From: Vicugna vicugna
Lineage: Eukaryota
DNA length: 64,000 bases
Reading direction: 5' to 3'
Assembly (NCBI GenBank): GCA_013265495.1
Contig: MU058844.1
Span: forward strand, 9,258,184-9,322,183
The position numbers were made by a program, and so were the translations under genes. The notes under the pieces are model-generated. The model was not told where the DNA came from. It ran no database searches and saw only the letters and a program-made list of their open reading frames with translations. Shown here piece by piece: positions 1-14,659 of the stretch. Position 1 is the first letter of the stretch, and each line of letters begins with the position of its first letter.

Positions 1-269
1 TAGATTTCTTCTTTAATTGTCTTAATTTTTTAAAGCTTTAAAGCTCTCTGTGGATAATTACAAAAGAGACCACTAGTTTGCTCATTTGGATTGGACTCGA
101 GCTTCAGTGAAATATAGTTAGATGGTAAGTATAAAATATAACTTTTAATCAACTCAGAGAAGCAGCACGTCTTCACTGATTCAGAAGTCACAATTTAATG
201 AAGAATCAAGAATGAGGAGTAAAAAGAAGTATTATTTCCCCAAATGCTTCAGAGTCACGTTAATACCTA

Positions 270-600
270 TGTTATAAGCATGGGCTTCAGGACAAATCCA
301 AGTAAGTCACTATTTCTGTTTCTTAATCTTTCTGAGACTCAGTATGCTCATCTATTAAAGAGGGTGATGAACCTCGCAATAAGGCTATGAGAAGCATACA
401 TGGCATGGGGCATATAAGGAGGGCAGACCCTGGCCCAACACGAGCCCTCAATAATCGGCAGCTCTTCCTGCAATTACTGTCAGAGAGACAATCTCGATAT
501 GGTGTGGATACTGGAGCCAGACTATATGGGGTCCAAATGTCAGCTCTGTTATTTCTAAGCTGTGGGCAAGTTACTCAACCCTTCCGTGTTGTTAACAAGC
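270..600 (+). mobile_element. Two adjacent degenerate MIR SINE fragments
   Basis: MIR core-like words: ctgagactcagtatgctcatctat; ctggagccagact...ctgtgggcaagttactcaaccctt. Confidence 0.6.
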
Positions 601-1292
601 CCTTAGATGAGAGGGCTGAGACCAGGGTGACAAGACAGAGTTTAGATTCACTACATGAATCAGAGTAATGGGGAAATAGCCAAAAAGAACACAGGAAGAC
701 ACTTTCTGTTATCCAGGGCACTGGAGGTTGGGTGATGAGAACACTATCTCTATATTGTACCTGTATTTTAAAATGGAATTTTAAAACAAAAAGAGCTCAG
801 CAAATGCTCAGGAAAGAACATCAAAAATAGGCAAAGGGATAAAAAAAAATACAGTTCTGGCAAGCCAAATTTTGCTCACATAAACAGGAGTAGAGGAGGT
901 AAAGAGGTTCTCATGACAGCATCCAGTTTTGATCAGGTGTTCTCAGTCTGTGCGGAGGAATCCAATGCAGGAACTCATACAGAAAGCCCCCAAAGTTTTA
1001 ACTTAGTGAAAACTTTCCTGATATGAACAGCTGTTAAATTTCAAGAGAAGCTGCTAAGAGAAACTGAGAACTTTCAGTGTCCAGAGACGGATAAATAAAT
1101 ACAAAAATGACTTATTTGGACATCTGAGGTTTGGGCATTCTCGTCCCTGAGATCGTGAAACTGGTCCAGATAATCTTTAAAAAGCTGTTTTGTGCTCTAG
1201 AAATTCTAAGAGCGAGTTATAGAATTTAATAGGCAAGAACTACAAAGAAGTGCATAAGATGGTAAAAGCAAAACGTATAATTAAGTTCTTAC

Positions 1293-1374
1293 AGGAAATT
1301 TTTCAAAGTATAAATGCTTGAATGCTTCCTGATTCTTCCAGAGTCCTGAAAACGCACCAGGTGGTAATGGCAAC
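1293..1374 (-). CDS. ACSS3: ACSS3 coding exon (~exon 12, 82 bp, phase 2-0): LPLPPGAFSGLWKNQEAFKHLYFEKFP
   Basis: AAG acceptor (AG at 1376-1375) and GTAAGA donor; LPLPPG and YFEKFP are Acs-family sequence. Confidence 0.95.
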
Positions 1375-4300
1375 CTTATACGAAAACAAAGCAGTGAGAA
1401 TTATGATGAAAGTGATAATAAAGACAGATTGATTAGAAAAGATAATTTTCCACTGTGATGAATAATTACAATTCAAATCCCACATTGAATTGTAACCCTT
1501 AAATCTGCTGGACGGATGGTGTCTAACTGAGGCTGAAGTGGTTGCCCACTTCATGACATGGCAAAATCACGGAGGGATGACTGTAGTTTCTGGGAAGGGC
1601 ACTAAAGGCGCACACACTTGGCATTTAAATCGTTATTAGCAGCAATCATTGTTTCAGTGAGAAGCATAACATCTGCAAAAAGGAACCAAAAATGCATCAC
1701 CAAATTACTTTTTAAGAGAAATAGGCTTCTACCATAGGCAAATAAACCTTTTTTTTAAAGTATCAAGGTAACACCTTTGCCAGTCTCTGTGTGTAATAAA
1801 ATGTACCAATTAAACTTCCCATGAACAATCTTATCTTCACAATCAATGTGCCTCTCCACTCTGGGAATTCCTTCCCACTGTCCCCTCTTCCGTTGTTTTC
1901 ATGACCATCCATGTGATTTCTCACCCCCATGAACACGTGAAGATATGTGCGCACATACAACAGAAGTGGTGTCCACCCCTTCTTCCCACTCAACTTCCTC
2001 TTAGGTTTCCTTCTTGCCTCCAGAGTATGAAACAAGTGTTATACACATGACAAGGGCTTAGCTTTTATCTATGTATTTATCTGTATATAAATAAATGAAT
2101 AAATTCTCACATCAGCTCCTTGTACGAAGTATCACCTAACAAAAATAACCACTCAGTGCATTTTCTGGACACAGAACTCTTTAAATGTTTTGTAGTTTGG
2201 AAATTTAGATACTGTACAACTTATGGATTTTCTAAACCCTACCCTCCTGTTCTCACAAATAATACCAAGTGGTGGTGGCACAGCACTGATGCTGAGAAAA
2301 CTGAAAATGAAGTAGACGTGGTCACTGCCAACGTGAGGCCACAACACACACCCTCCACGTAAATATTAGACCTTTGAGGCGCTGAATTGTATTCTCACAT
2401 TCCGTCAGGTAGAAAATGCTGTTAGAAGTGGGGTCAGCTGTGATCACCTATTTCCACCACGTCTAGCCTGCCCATGCAATATTTTATTTTGTAATAAAAT
2501 ATTTTGTAATATTTCTCTTCTTTTTGTCATATTTTAAGAGGGAGGAAAAGGCTACATCAGCATCTGTGGACCTCGTGTAATTACATAAAATGCATGCAAA
2601 AGCATTTTCTAATCTGGAAAAAAAAAAACTACGGAGATGCCGCTATGTTGTTGCTGTTGATGGTGTTACTACTCCTGTTCAGCACTAAACCTACATAAAG
2701 GCAGCAAGCGGACGCAGATAACCCTTTCAGGTCCTTTTAACCAATTTTTCTGTTAATCTTTCAAAATAACCATGTATATGATTTCACTTCATCAGTTTGT
2801 TTTAATTGTTAACATTTTGAAAACGTGTAAAAATCATCACTAAATACTGAACTACAATATGAATATTACAGCCACTAAAAATCACCTATTTTAGCAGCAC
2901 TGTCAGGATGCTGAGGATAAACAGATGGAGAGGACACTCAGAAGAGATGACAAATCAAAAGCCAACATGGGCCAGAAGAGAGAACGTTAATGAGTGAAGC
3001 CAACTGTTCCTGAAATATACAATTAGAACAATACGCTTGACAGATCCAAATCCTTAAACCCATAACATCGCCCATACGAAGAGCTCTGCATCTAGAAGGG
3101 CACATTGCTAAAGAAGTGGCTCTTGCATTTTACAGACCGCAAATCCAAGGTGTTAGTACATCAGTATCCACACACTGCCTCCTCACAGTGAAGAGAGACT
3201 GCTGAGTGTTTCCAACAATAATCCAAATGAGTTAGCCCTTAGTGTGTGGAATGTGAGTTGAGTTTCCTGGTGGCCTAGAATGTGACTAACTTACTGTGTG
3301 CACATGGGACCAAGAGCCCAGCATTTTCCGGTAGGAGTGTTACTGGAGGGAAAGGGAACATCTCACACTTCTCAGAAGCTGGTTAAGTTTGCAATCTCTA
3401 TTCTTAAAAGAAGATGCCCTGATAATTTTTTTTATTTCCTAAAAAAAATAGTACTAGCAATTAGTACTATATACATATAGTAGCAACATAGAAACATATC
3501 GATTCCATTCTTATAATTTAGTAACGTCTAGAGGCCTACAAATACAGGTAGCCATCCTCCAGGGGAAAAATGAAACAGCTTTAAGAACACCAGCTTTCTC
3601 AGCTGTTGCACGAAACTTTAAATATCTGTGTAAATTTTCTGAAGAACAGGGGCAGTATGAATTTGTATGTCATCTTTCATCCCTGTGAGAAAGGCCTGCG
3701 TAGGTTTGGATATACCTCTACATAGACCTTGGGAATTAAGAATAACATAGCAGCAAGTATATGATCCAGGGAGAGAGTGCAGATTAGGAAGGAGAAATTC
3801 AAGGCCAATTGCCAATATTAAAGAGGGACCAACTGGTAATCAGTAGCATAAAATAAGAAAATGCTATCCGTTCGTCACTAATAAAGTCTGGTGTCTTTAA
3901 AAATGCAGGTGTTAATCTAAACATTGAAAAGATTGGAAGAAGCAACTTCGGAAGGAACCCTGGAAGATGCCATGTAATGGTCCTAAAGAAAAGCAGAAAG
4001 GAGGGATTCCAGAATGGAAAGTATTTGTGATTGTATACATATATGAAGTGAAACATGTGAGAAGGGAAGCAACAAATCTCCAGAGAGGAGTTAGGTGTGT
4101 ATGAGCTAGAGCAGAACCGTTTCTGCAGCGTTCCAAATGACCACCTCTCTGGTTGCTATCCTAATGATTATTCTATATTAAATGAAGGTTTTCCTTCTGG
4201 AGTAGTGAAGGCACTGGGGCTCTTTTTCTGAAGTCATAGTGAAAAAAACACTTTTTTTCTATAGTTATAATAACATAAAAAAAATCATTTGACCGGCAGA

Positions 4301-7300
4301 AGGGAGGAAATTTTGTTGAAATACTAAGTAGTGTGCTGGTTAATGTCCATCCTCAACCTTCAAATACAAGATCAAATGTTACCACCCTGTGAAACCTGCT
4401 CCAACTCTTCCCAGAGTGAAGGGGGGGTCTTAATACCACCCACCCAGCTGTGAATCAGGACTTCTTCCTAGAAAGTAACCTTTCCAAAGAGAATCTTAAG
4501 AGGGAAGAAGGAAAACAGAGGCAGCATCGATTCCTCTGTGCGTGTGTGTGTGTGTGTGGAAGGGAAGGCATCACAGTGCTGAGAAATCCTTAAACAGCTA
4601 ATGAAGGAAGAGAACGTCCATCACCGTGGAAGGTAAACATTCCTTCCATGTGACATACAGAACTCCAAGGTAAAGGATAGCCTACATTCACTGCTCCCGC
4701 AGGAATCCCCATGGTAAAAGAAATAACCTGAAGACATTTAACTCCCGCTCCCTAGAGAATTCTGGAGTTAGATCCCGACTTTGCACTTGCAGTATTTCCT
4801 ATGAGGTCTTTGGGCTTCGCTTGAGATCTTCCTAGGAAGATACACTTTGCATCTCCCCAGAAGAGGCTGATTAGCCATAATTTCTTTCTCACTGGGCAGA
4901 CACAAGACAGGGTAAGAAATGTGAGTTCTAGCTGTGTAACTTCTAATGATGTTTAGATTCCCATGTCGAAAATGAGATAATAGCTGTCCCACCGCCTAGC
5001 TCACTGTGTTGCTGTAAAGCTAATAAAAGACCCTACTAAAATCTGTAGAGATTTAGAAAGGAACGGGATTACAGTTACATGCCATCCTTGGTTATTCAAA
5101 GGATAAAGCGGTGAAGGAAAGCTGTCCTGATCCTTCCCCAAGACTGCAGCGCAGTGAGTGACCGAATCACTCCCGCAGAACTGTAAAGATGTGAACAAAC
5201 ATCATTAAGGACCAAGTGCTCAATATCTGGAGGCTGAGAAACCGGCAGGCACCAGGGTGAAAGCCACACAGACAGGACCACCCTCCAGCTCCCTCACACC
5301 CCATCACTGCCTGCAGGGACAGGCCAGCAGGACACAGCAGGAGGCAGACAAGCTGCACTTCCAACAGTAACAAGCGTGCCTGGTCACAGAATAATGTGTG
5401 CCCACGAGCCAGGAAGATCCAGAGACCTATGGCTTTAATAACAGTGAGCACTGGAGGACCGAGAAAGGCAATTGCAGTTAAAATTTTCTCTCATGCCCTG
5501 CACAGTGTTGCCTGGAAATTACTGACTCATAGTTTTATTTCTGCTCTTTGGATCTCTGCATAAAATTACAGGAGCACCTTCTAAAATTCATGAACATTTT
5601 GTATTCATAGCAATTCAGGTATCAAAACTTTCCCGCTAAATTAACTGCCTGCAGTAAGTTCCAAAATCAAAAGACTTTGCTGCCTCCATGCAGTTTGGTA
5701 GTTTTCTAATCTAGAAAGATAAATCCTTTGGAGGCAAGAAACCTGTGAGGACTGCAGGGTCCATGTGTATTACACCCTCGGGTCCACAGTGGTTTAGGAA
5801 TCACTAAAATGTCTGCCTTCTAATTAAGGGATCCCCTGAAGAACAAAGCAGGAATTCCTAGAAAGCTTAACAAAAGAGTTTTAAAAAAAACCCAAAGTGG
5901 ATCAAGAGGTTTTTTTTGTTTGTTTGTTTGTTTGTTTTCCAAAATTACCACATACCACTATTTCTGATTTGGGGATGAGTCACTGTAACATGATAAAATG
6001 AATCGTTACATTTAGTACATTGTAAAGCTTGGAAATATGATTACAGCTTGAGATTTTAAAAAAACTGCCAGAGACAGAAAATTCCCAATGTCATTTACAC
6101 TATTCCTAACGGATTTTATAGTGAAACAAGAAGCTCTAGCTGTATTTACAGAAAGCAAACAAATCTGGGATTAAAACAATGAGACATAATTTTTTTTTAT
6201 TGACATATTTTAACGTAATTTGAGCCCCAAACATTTAAAATATTCCAAGCAGATGTTTCCCCCTTATTCTTTCTAATCACTACAAGTACAATTAGTGAAC
6301 GTAAACAGCATTAGGGAATATTGTTCTTTCAAAGAACGGTCCACTTAATTATCATACAAGTAATAAGGAAAAGTGTGGGCATGAATAATTGAGAAGAATG
6401 GACATCTATCTCTTTGTCTGCTGGTCTCTCCCAGGGGTAGCTTTTGATGCCAGCTTACTTTTAAGCCCCTCATGGACAGAGTCATTCTTATTATTGGTGG
6501 TCTTACCTCATATCCATGCAAAAATAGTAAAATATGGCAATATACCACAGAAACTAGGACTTTTTCTGAAAAAGGTTATACTTTTGCTTTTGAAAACATA
6601 TGGAAAGAAACTACACCCATAGTTTACCATTAGTTATTATTTCTCAACAACCATTGTACAGATTCAGGAATCAAACCTGAACATTATTTGCAGATAAAAT
6701 GAAAAACCTATGAAGGCTAAATGGACAATGAAGTTGTTATGATATTCCATTAAATATGTGTTCATTCAATTAAATATATGTTCATTTTGATTATACATTT
6801 CTGAAATTTAAGGGTCATTACAATTCTTAAAGGTCAGGCTCTCGATATTTTGTGAACCCTGGACACTGTATATAATCCCTAATCAAACACCTTTTACAGG
6901 TCACCAAAGTGGTTCTAGGGCCCCAGGTAGTTGGTTTCTGGAAAGGATGCTGCTTTTCAGACCACAGACCTTCTTTAGAATATGTTCTACATGGAAAAAA
7001 AATGATTCTCTACTCAAATTACACACTGTTTTTTTTTCTAAGCCACAGTAATTTTTATTGTCAAGGGTGTGCTTTTTTCCTTTCCTTTAACTCAATTAAA
7101 CACGTATGTCTTATGTGCTCTTAAAAAGCATCCTTCAGCCATTTTCCATGATGAATGACGTGTTCCCTTCAAAGCACACAAAACCTCTACAGACTAGTAC
7201 AAACAAGTCTTCTTGATAGATATTAAATATGAAAGCATCTTCTGCGTACTTCAAGCAGCTACTGGGACGCATGAATAATTTTCAGGTCAACCAGTCAGAG

Positions 7301-8699
7301 TAGAATGGCTATTGGAGATGAGGGTTTCAAAAGGAAATCCTGGCTCTTACAGATAAAAATGAGTTCTGAAATAAGGATTAAAGACTGTTCTCTTTAAAAA
7401 AAAAAAAAAAAGAGAGAGAGAGAGATCTTGGTGGTAACTTTTTTTTAAAATTATTTCTAATCCGTACTTTTTGAATACAATTATACCTAGTTTCACTATT
7501 AACTTAAGGGAGGAATCAAAGTCCACTGCATGTCATAATATATTGGATCGTCAAATAATTTATAATGAAATTTCAGAGTCCTGGATCTGTACCATAAAAT
7601 TCCCTGTTTAGGAACAGAGAGAGAAGAAAATCATTCTGAATTGGTGACAATCTAAACCACAAAATACTTTAAGGCAATAGTTGTGTTATTTTCAAGTACT
7701 TGAAGTAACAATAATGGCTATGAGGAAAAAATTACAGTTTATGTGCTTTATTATTTTTGAATGGATGTGGGGCGATGCCACCAATAATGTGAGTGGCAGG
7801 ATGCATGAGGGGTTTAAAACTGTGCTGGCATCAAATGCCACCTCTGGGATCTTGCAAACATTGCTTTACGAAATAAACGACTCATTTAGAGTTAGGGGTT
7901 ATATAAAAATGTAAGCCCCAAGCGTGCTTTTAACAGCTCTTACAAACCATGTGCTTCCCTGAACATCCACCCACAATCTTGCTCAGTTTAATGAATGCTT
8001 CAACAAACACTCCCTTTGTCCCCAATACTTTTCCCCCAACAGGGGAAAGATTTCAATCAGCTCTATGTTAATATGGATTCCGAGTCAGAAAAATATAAAT
8101 TCAAATGACATATTCAGTATTAATCTTTTTCATTTGCCAACAATATGTCTTAAAATTTAAATTAAAAAGACGTTATGAAGGGATTACACGTTTACTGAGA
8201 ACAGTAAGAATCTGAGAAGTGCATCTTCTCTATTAGATTTTTGTAAGGTTAAATAATTCTACCTGAAAAAAACATACTCTTTCTAAAATTACTGTTGTTC
8301 ATTTAATTTTCACAGAAATGACAATGTTTTATTAACCTGAGAAAAATTTTATACCAATATGAGAATGATAAGTAATAAGAATTCTTTTAAATTAATAGGA
8401 AAATAAAACTTTTTTTAAAACCACATGCAATGTTCTTTATTCATAATAGCTCATTCTGGCAAATTCTACTACCTTAAAACATATTAGTAAAGATGCCAAG
8501 ATTATGCTAACCAGAGGCACTAAAAAACACCCTATATCAATCATTAAAATAATGTCACATCCTGTGTGTCTCCAATGTACTCAACTTCCATTTCAGCTTC
8601 CACTAGCTTAACAGTTTTAAAGTATTGATTTAATCAAAGTGAACCGGAATATTTTTTACTTCAAATTTTAGCCCTTTATCTACCAAATGAACAATGATG

Positions 8700-9140
8700 A
8701 AAACTGTTAGCAAGGAATTGTGGTCCTTGATGAGTTAGGGGTTATATATTATGCTACTATGTGACCCAGTAATTACACTTTAGAAATTTCTACAATTGTA
8801 ATTATCAGAAGAAAAGACAACACAAAAAGGATATTCAATAGAGCATTATTTATAATCATAAATAAAAAAGACTAAGAGGCCTAAAAAGAGGTTGATAAAT
8901 ATTTTCAACAGAGTAAAATTTGAAATGCTTATGAGACAGAGCTAAGGAGAAAAAGGAATATATGAGAATAAGCCAGATTTTTTCAACAACCTAAAATGCT
9001 TGTCAAAATGTGGAAAGTTATAATAGATTACAAAGTTAACAATATTGCCGACGGGTAGGAGTACAGAAACTTTACTTACTTCTTTACATTTTCGGTACTG
9101 AAGTTACCTTCATCATGAATGCATTGCTCCTATGATCAGA
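8700..9140 (+). mobile_element. Old L1 (L1M-type) 3' fragment
   Basis: tgacccagtaattacacttt...aaggatattcaatagagcattatttataat resembles the L1 ORF2 end / 3'UTR. Confidence 0.55.
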
Positions 9141-9372
9141 AACCTTTTTAAAGATGCAAGATTTCTCTTTTTAAAAAATTGTACCTTAATTGGTTCCATT
9201 TTATGGGGTTTCCATGTTTAAATTACAAGAGTTGACACTGAATATTCTCAAACAACACAAAGCCTCTTCTGCAGCCTCCTCACTAAGCAATATCATTGCA
9301 ACCACTCGTTTTTCTTAATGTTATGTACCAATTCTTGCTCTTGTAAATAGCAGCATTGCAAATTTTGCTTAC

Positions 9373-9436
9373 TTTACCACAATATTTCCTAAACACCGAG
9401 CCTTCAGCTTTTGCATGTTGTCATCCAAAATCATAA
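9373..9436 (-). CDS. ACSS3: ACSS3 coding exon (~exon 11, 64 bp, phase 1-2): (V)MILDDNMQKLKARCLGNIVV(K)
   Basis: TTTACTTTGCAG acceptor and GTAAGC donor; phases match both neighbouring exons. Confidence 0.95.
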
Positions 9437-10159
9437 CTGCAAAGTAAAATATAAATAAATAGATAAATAATTGAATAAAAATACACAAACTTAAGGCTTA
9501 AACGTTTCCATATTTTCCATATTCAATCCCCCAAAATTCTAGCTTAAAAAAGGCATCCTTTAATTCCTGTGAGACCATTCACATATATAAACAAGCTAAA
9601 ATGTCTCACAGAAAATATAAGGACTACATACTTTTGACTTCTAATAAGATAAAGAATTTTCCTTCAGAACCTCCTTTCAATAAAAACAGTATTTCAGACA
9701 TGCCGGTAATTTAAAAATCTATGTTTATATCTATTCAAATATATCTTTCCATTCTGTCAAAAATATAAAAATATATGTTCAGCCTGCCAAAAATTAAAGA
9801 AAGCAAAGTTCTAAAATACACCAAAAGTTTTTTCAAGCAATACAAATAAAGAATTTAAAAGTCTGCAAAACCCTTTTTTTTTCTGATTTAAGGCTTAATA
9901 TCCATTTATGAGCCTTAAAGGTCAATTTAACCTTCCCAAATATTATTCCAATGTTTTCTGTGCAATACTGTCAAAATCCTCAAAGATGTTAGGAGACCAA
10001 GGCTTGTATCCGCATGCAGTACCCTTAAGTACAAACCAGAAATGAGACTATATCATCATGTTTTAAGCTTTAATAGATCCTTTATGTGACTTCATTTGTC
10101 CCAGTTTTTCTACTGAAAGAAGTTCTGAGAAAGAAGAGTATTATTCCCAGAAAAAATTA

Positions 10160-10480
10160 ATTGTTCCCATCTTTGTGTTCCCAGAGCAATTGTTTTAAAA
10201 TTCTATTCTGACAATTATGAACGCTGTAGATATCTGTCTCTCACTAGGCTGTGAGTTCGTTGAGGGTGGAGGTCATGATAATTCGTCTTTGTTTCCCCAA
10301 AGCCCAGTACAGTGGCCAATTTACCATGCGCCCCTGAACACGTTCTGGTTCTGTTACCCTCCGATTTCCCTATCTAGAAAGTGGAAATAATTCCCTCCTC
10401 ACAGTGTTGTACAGTAATTACTTGAAAAAAAATACAGTGACGACCTTGAACAAGGTACTCTATGAATGTGAAATTAACTG
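10160..10480 (+). mobile_element. L2 3' end followed by a MIR fragment
   Basis: ctaggctgtgagttcgttgagggtggagg...ccccaaagcccagtacagtg (L2 terminus), then tttccctatctagaaagtggaaataat (MIR). Confidence 0.6.
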
Positions 10481-11149
10481 TTACATTACGTTGAGTGTTT
10501 TTCACACCAAAGTGGTTTTCTTTCCTTTCCCCAAAGAATACTGCTTTTTATTATAATATTAAGTGTTACATTATACTTTTGAATCTCTGACTAGCCACAA
10601 AATAAAAATCATGAGTCATAAAGTCATTATTTCCTTTGTCATAAATAATTTAGTGCTAGTGTTTAAGCTGTGCTGTCTGTAAGCCAATGGCTTTCAGACA
10701 ATGAGAAACTTCTGTACCGAAATTCCATGAAGCATTAAAGCTTTAACTCTTTCTTACAACTGGATATAAAAATGATCCTGAAACACTGAAAGGGAAATGT
10801 ATTTAACATCTCCCACAGTCATCAGCCCCTAAAAATGGCTCAACACTAAAGCAATTTTTCTGATCAAAGGAATGGAGATGACCGAACTGCTCAGGAGGAT
10901 TTCACTAAAGCTGGATTCACCTCCCCATGCCTGGAGAAGTCACTGACTTCACAGAATGTCTATTTTTGCTCTTAAAAAAAGATCTTCAGTGGCTTTTTAT
11001 AAATGTATCTGCTAGGCTAAACCAAATGATCCTTAACCAGTCATTGTCCTAGAAGGAAAATATAATATTTTTCTGTTAGAGAAGCAAGTGACAAATCGCT
11101 AAATTTGATAATTTACATGCAAAAAGGAACTGCATGCAGGAATCATATC

Positions 11150-11930
11150 CCGTTTCCCGAAGCTGAGCTGAAGCTAAATTGTGTGACCTTATGCAAATAA
11201 CATAACTTCTGCGCCTCATTTTCCTCGTCTGTAAAATCAATGTGTAAATCTAAGTCAGGTCAGTCCCTCCGGCTTCTCTGAAATATTCGTAACACTCCTA
11301 GGTAAGACTTAGTCCAGTCCTGCTAGCAGGCACTTGTGCTAATGCTTCATTGTGTTTCATCACAACACAGCAACCCTATGAAGGACATAAAGATTATCAT
11401 TCCCATTGAGAACTAAGGAAACAACATTTGACTTGTATAACCATGTATAACTTACACAAGTCACCTTATACAAGATGTGCAACTAGGGAGTGAAATCCAG
11501 GGGAAATTACTGAACTATCATAATCACTACCAATAGTTTAAAAACAAATATGGAAGAGATACTGTATCTCATTGTCACATACTGCCAGTATGGATAAAAT
11601 TATTTTTCTTTTTTAGAACCCTTACTCTTTATATTTATTTTTTAGCTAACAAGGTTCAAAAGCCTTATCATCACTCTAAATTAATGTAATGGGGAAAACT
11701 GCAGATTTTATAATGGAAACGAACAAACAAAATAAAACACAATGGTTTGCACTATCTTTAGGACCTAACCAGCTGTGTTACTTTAGGAAAGCTATTTAGT
11801 CTTTCTGGGCACCAGCTAACTCATCTCTAAAATGGGAATAATATCTCTAAATTAAATATACTTCAGCATTAATTGAAATGATGTATGCGTAGTACTTGGT
11901 ACCCAGCAGGTATTCCATACATATTAACCT
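11150..11930. mobile_element. Cluster of three MIR fragments (+, -, +)
   Basis: tgtgtgacctt...cctcattttcctcgtctgtaaaat; acagcaaccctatgaagg...attcccatt; gctgtgttacttt...catctctaaaatgggaataata. Confidence 0.65.
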
Positions 11931-12192
11931 CACATCCATGTCCTTAACGTGCCTTATATTGTGATAGTCATTTAGAACATGTCCTTAGAAGTCTACAAAC
12001 TTACTTTTGATCAAATTGGCTCACAATAAAAGTTATTATAAAAGGTTTTACACTTTTAATACAAGGTATTCACTGAGTCAAATACTTACTAAGTACCTAG
12101 TATGTTTCAAGCAATATGATTCACAGTAAACACGGAAAGATACCATATTTTGTTAACATTATATATTTCAAGTAATCAGGGTCATTTCTCAC

Positions 12193-12288
12193 CATTGTAT
12201 CCTGGAACACTTTTTCCTGCTTGCCCTGGAGGAGGTGATTTAGAATTACCTAATCCAACGCATGACGCTGTAATTGGGGATCCAGTCT
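12193..12288 (-). CDS. ACSS3: ACSS3 coding exon (~exon 10, 96 bp, phase 1-1): (E)TGSPITASCVGLGNSKSPPPGQAGKSVPGYN
   Basis: TTTCTCCAG acceptor and GTGAGA donor; completes WWQTETG. Confidence 0.96.
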
Positions 12289-14477
12289 CTGGAGAAATAA
12301 ATATTATTTATCATTTAACGTTTCAACTCGAGATCATGATGTTTCCTCAGTGCCTGCACTGCCCCTCTCCCTCCACAGAATTTCACTGCATGAGGAACAG
12401 ATAAACAGTGCAAATGTACTATTTAAAAGTGCAAAAAATCCAGTAATTTACATAACATCGACATTTTTAAAACTTAAGGACACAAATTCAGAATAATATA
12501 TACAGTAATTGCTTCTGTTAAAGAAAAGAAAGGCTTCTCTAGTGTTTCCAGCTGTGCAGCAGCAGGCATGAAGAACGGAGAATTATGGGACTGTGAGAGT
12601 TTTACAACACATGTTAAAAACTAAAAAATCTCTATAAAAGATGGTTTTTCTTAATTTGCCTAAAGTTATTTTATCAGGGTCAATAACAGCAAAGGGTAAA
12701 ATATTCCTATTACCTTTAGCTCAGTCTCTGGAATAGGTAACCCAAAGATTTTTTTTAAAATATGTGAAAACACCATACTCTAAATTTTAAGAACTACATT
12801 TGCCTAGAGACCTCACATCTAAAGCTGAATTTATCAATGCTTTATCAAATTGCTCTTAATCTGTTGCTCCTGGATTTTTGAAGGCCCAAAACATAGGAAG
12901 GAAGCTATTTATGCTATGCTGATTACTTCCTGAAGACCAGACACTTATCCACAATTAGCGTGCATTGATTAACGCAAATGTGAAATCTGTCTTCTCTGTC
13001 TCAAGTTGTAACAGAATAGCTATTACATGATAATCGTAAGTTCTGAGAGTGGTAATTTTTATAAAAGAATGCATTTGTATTATTAGCAAATACAAGTTTG
13101 GAGTTAACAGAATATTTTAAATATGAGATTTGTATTTGTGGAGGGGCAGGATGAGAGAACACTGACAGTGGAAAGTTTCATAACTACAGACTAAATGTTA
13201 TACACATAAATGTGCATATTAAGGGATTAATTGCCAAACCAATCAGGTCAAAAGTAATCCAAAATACTAAAAACATCTATCTTCCTAAGGACGCAGAATG
13301 TATTTCCTCCAGTCTGGTCTCCACCATAATTTATCATATATTTACATCACTTTCAAGTGATGAGAAGAATTTATTACTGTTCTTTACCTTCCAGAGTAGT
13401 TCAGTTTATTATCCCCATGTTATGGATGGTGGCTCAGCTGACATCAATAACAGAAGATGGACACTTGAACACTAAAACACGGTTCCTAGGTCACAGTCCA
13501 GAGCTTAACGTGCTAAGCCAGATGGTCACCGCTGAGGAGAAGTGGCAAGTAACCAGAGCAGACAGCTGATGTTTAATGGAGAATTCTCAAATATTCTCAT
13601 ATCATGACAAAAAATGGAAAGGGAGTTTGTGAAATGGCATTCTATCAGCCATGCGACACCCTGAGCATTCTCCCTACAGCATAAGCAAAGCATGGGAGGA
13701 AATGCACATTTTTGGAAATTTAACAGCATTTTTCCCTTTGCCTTTGGGAAAATGCCTTAAGCACACACCTTAGCTAGCCTTCAAAACTGGTAAGAGAGAC
13801 AAGAGCAGTGGTGAGAGAGGAAGCAGTCCTGCAGAGAGAGGTGCTTAGAGGAAGGTACTCGGATAAAACAGGGTGACCACAGAAAGAGAAGCTACCAGGA
13901 CATGTTAGAGAGGAGATAGCGCCTTCAAGATGGTTCTGTTCCCCCTCCCTCCCAGCTGAGAAGCAGCTGCTGAAGTAAATCTGCTATGTTTAAAGTATAT
14001 CTTGTCAAGTTTAGTTGATCAGTAGGGGCACTCCAATCACTTAAAGTTCAAGCTCTCGACATTTCTTAACACCGTAAGGCCTCTCAGCCACTTGTCACCA
14101 CACGGCTCCAGAACCTACAAATGTACCATCTGGCGATTCTAATTCCTATCAATGGTTCTGGTACCTGCTGCCTAAAACAAACAAACAAACACCCACAACA
14201 TGAAACCAACTGCACCCCGCTTCATCGCATCTCAGTGTGGATTCTTATAAAAGACGCAGCACTCTGTTCTTCCGTAACATTGGGAGGAGGGAAGTGAGAA
14301 TGAAGTGAAGCTAGACAAAGACACTAGAAAGTGAAGTGCGGTCAGTGTCTACTGCCTCAGCTGATCTTCTTAAGCATCGTTGTATAGTGATTACACATTA
14401 AGAATCTTTCAGCCTTCAGCTGTTTTGTTGTAGTTTACGACCGTAAAACCACCGTGAATTTTAAGAGTCATGAAAAT

Positions 14478-14659
14478 GAGGCCACCCCTCGCTCCCTCAT
14501 CTTCAGAGACGGCCAACATTCTGTCACTCCATCCACTTTTACTCTAATCTGAGCACCCGACGCCCACACCTCTTGGCCTTTCTCGCACCTTCGGAAACAG
14601 CCTACATTCTATGTAGTATGTATCTCTCCAAATAAATCTACCTTTACTCAAAAAAAAAA
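14478..14659 (+). mobile_element. Short polyadenylated retroposed insertion (LTR U3/R-like body) with ~15-bp TSD
   Basis: TSD AAGAGTCATGAAAAT (14463-14477) versus AAAAGTCACGAAAAT (14660-14674); AATAAA at 14631-14636; A-tail from 14650; TT/AAGA L1-endonuclease-like target. Confidence 0.8.

Noticed and set aside
5050..5460. Moderately GC-rich patch sharing the 11-mer CAAGCTGCACT with the patch near 15092
   Set aside because: A single 11-mer match is expected by chance in 64 kb; no other support.
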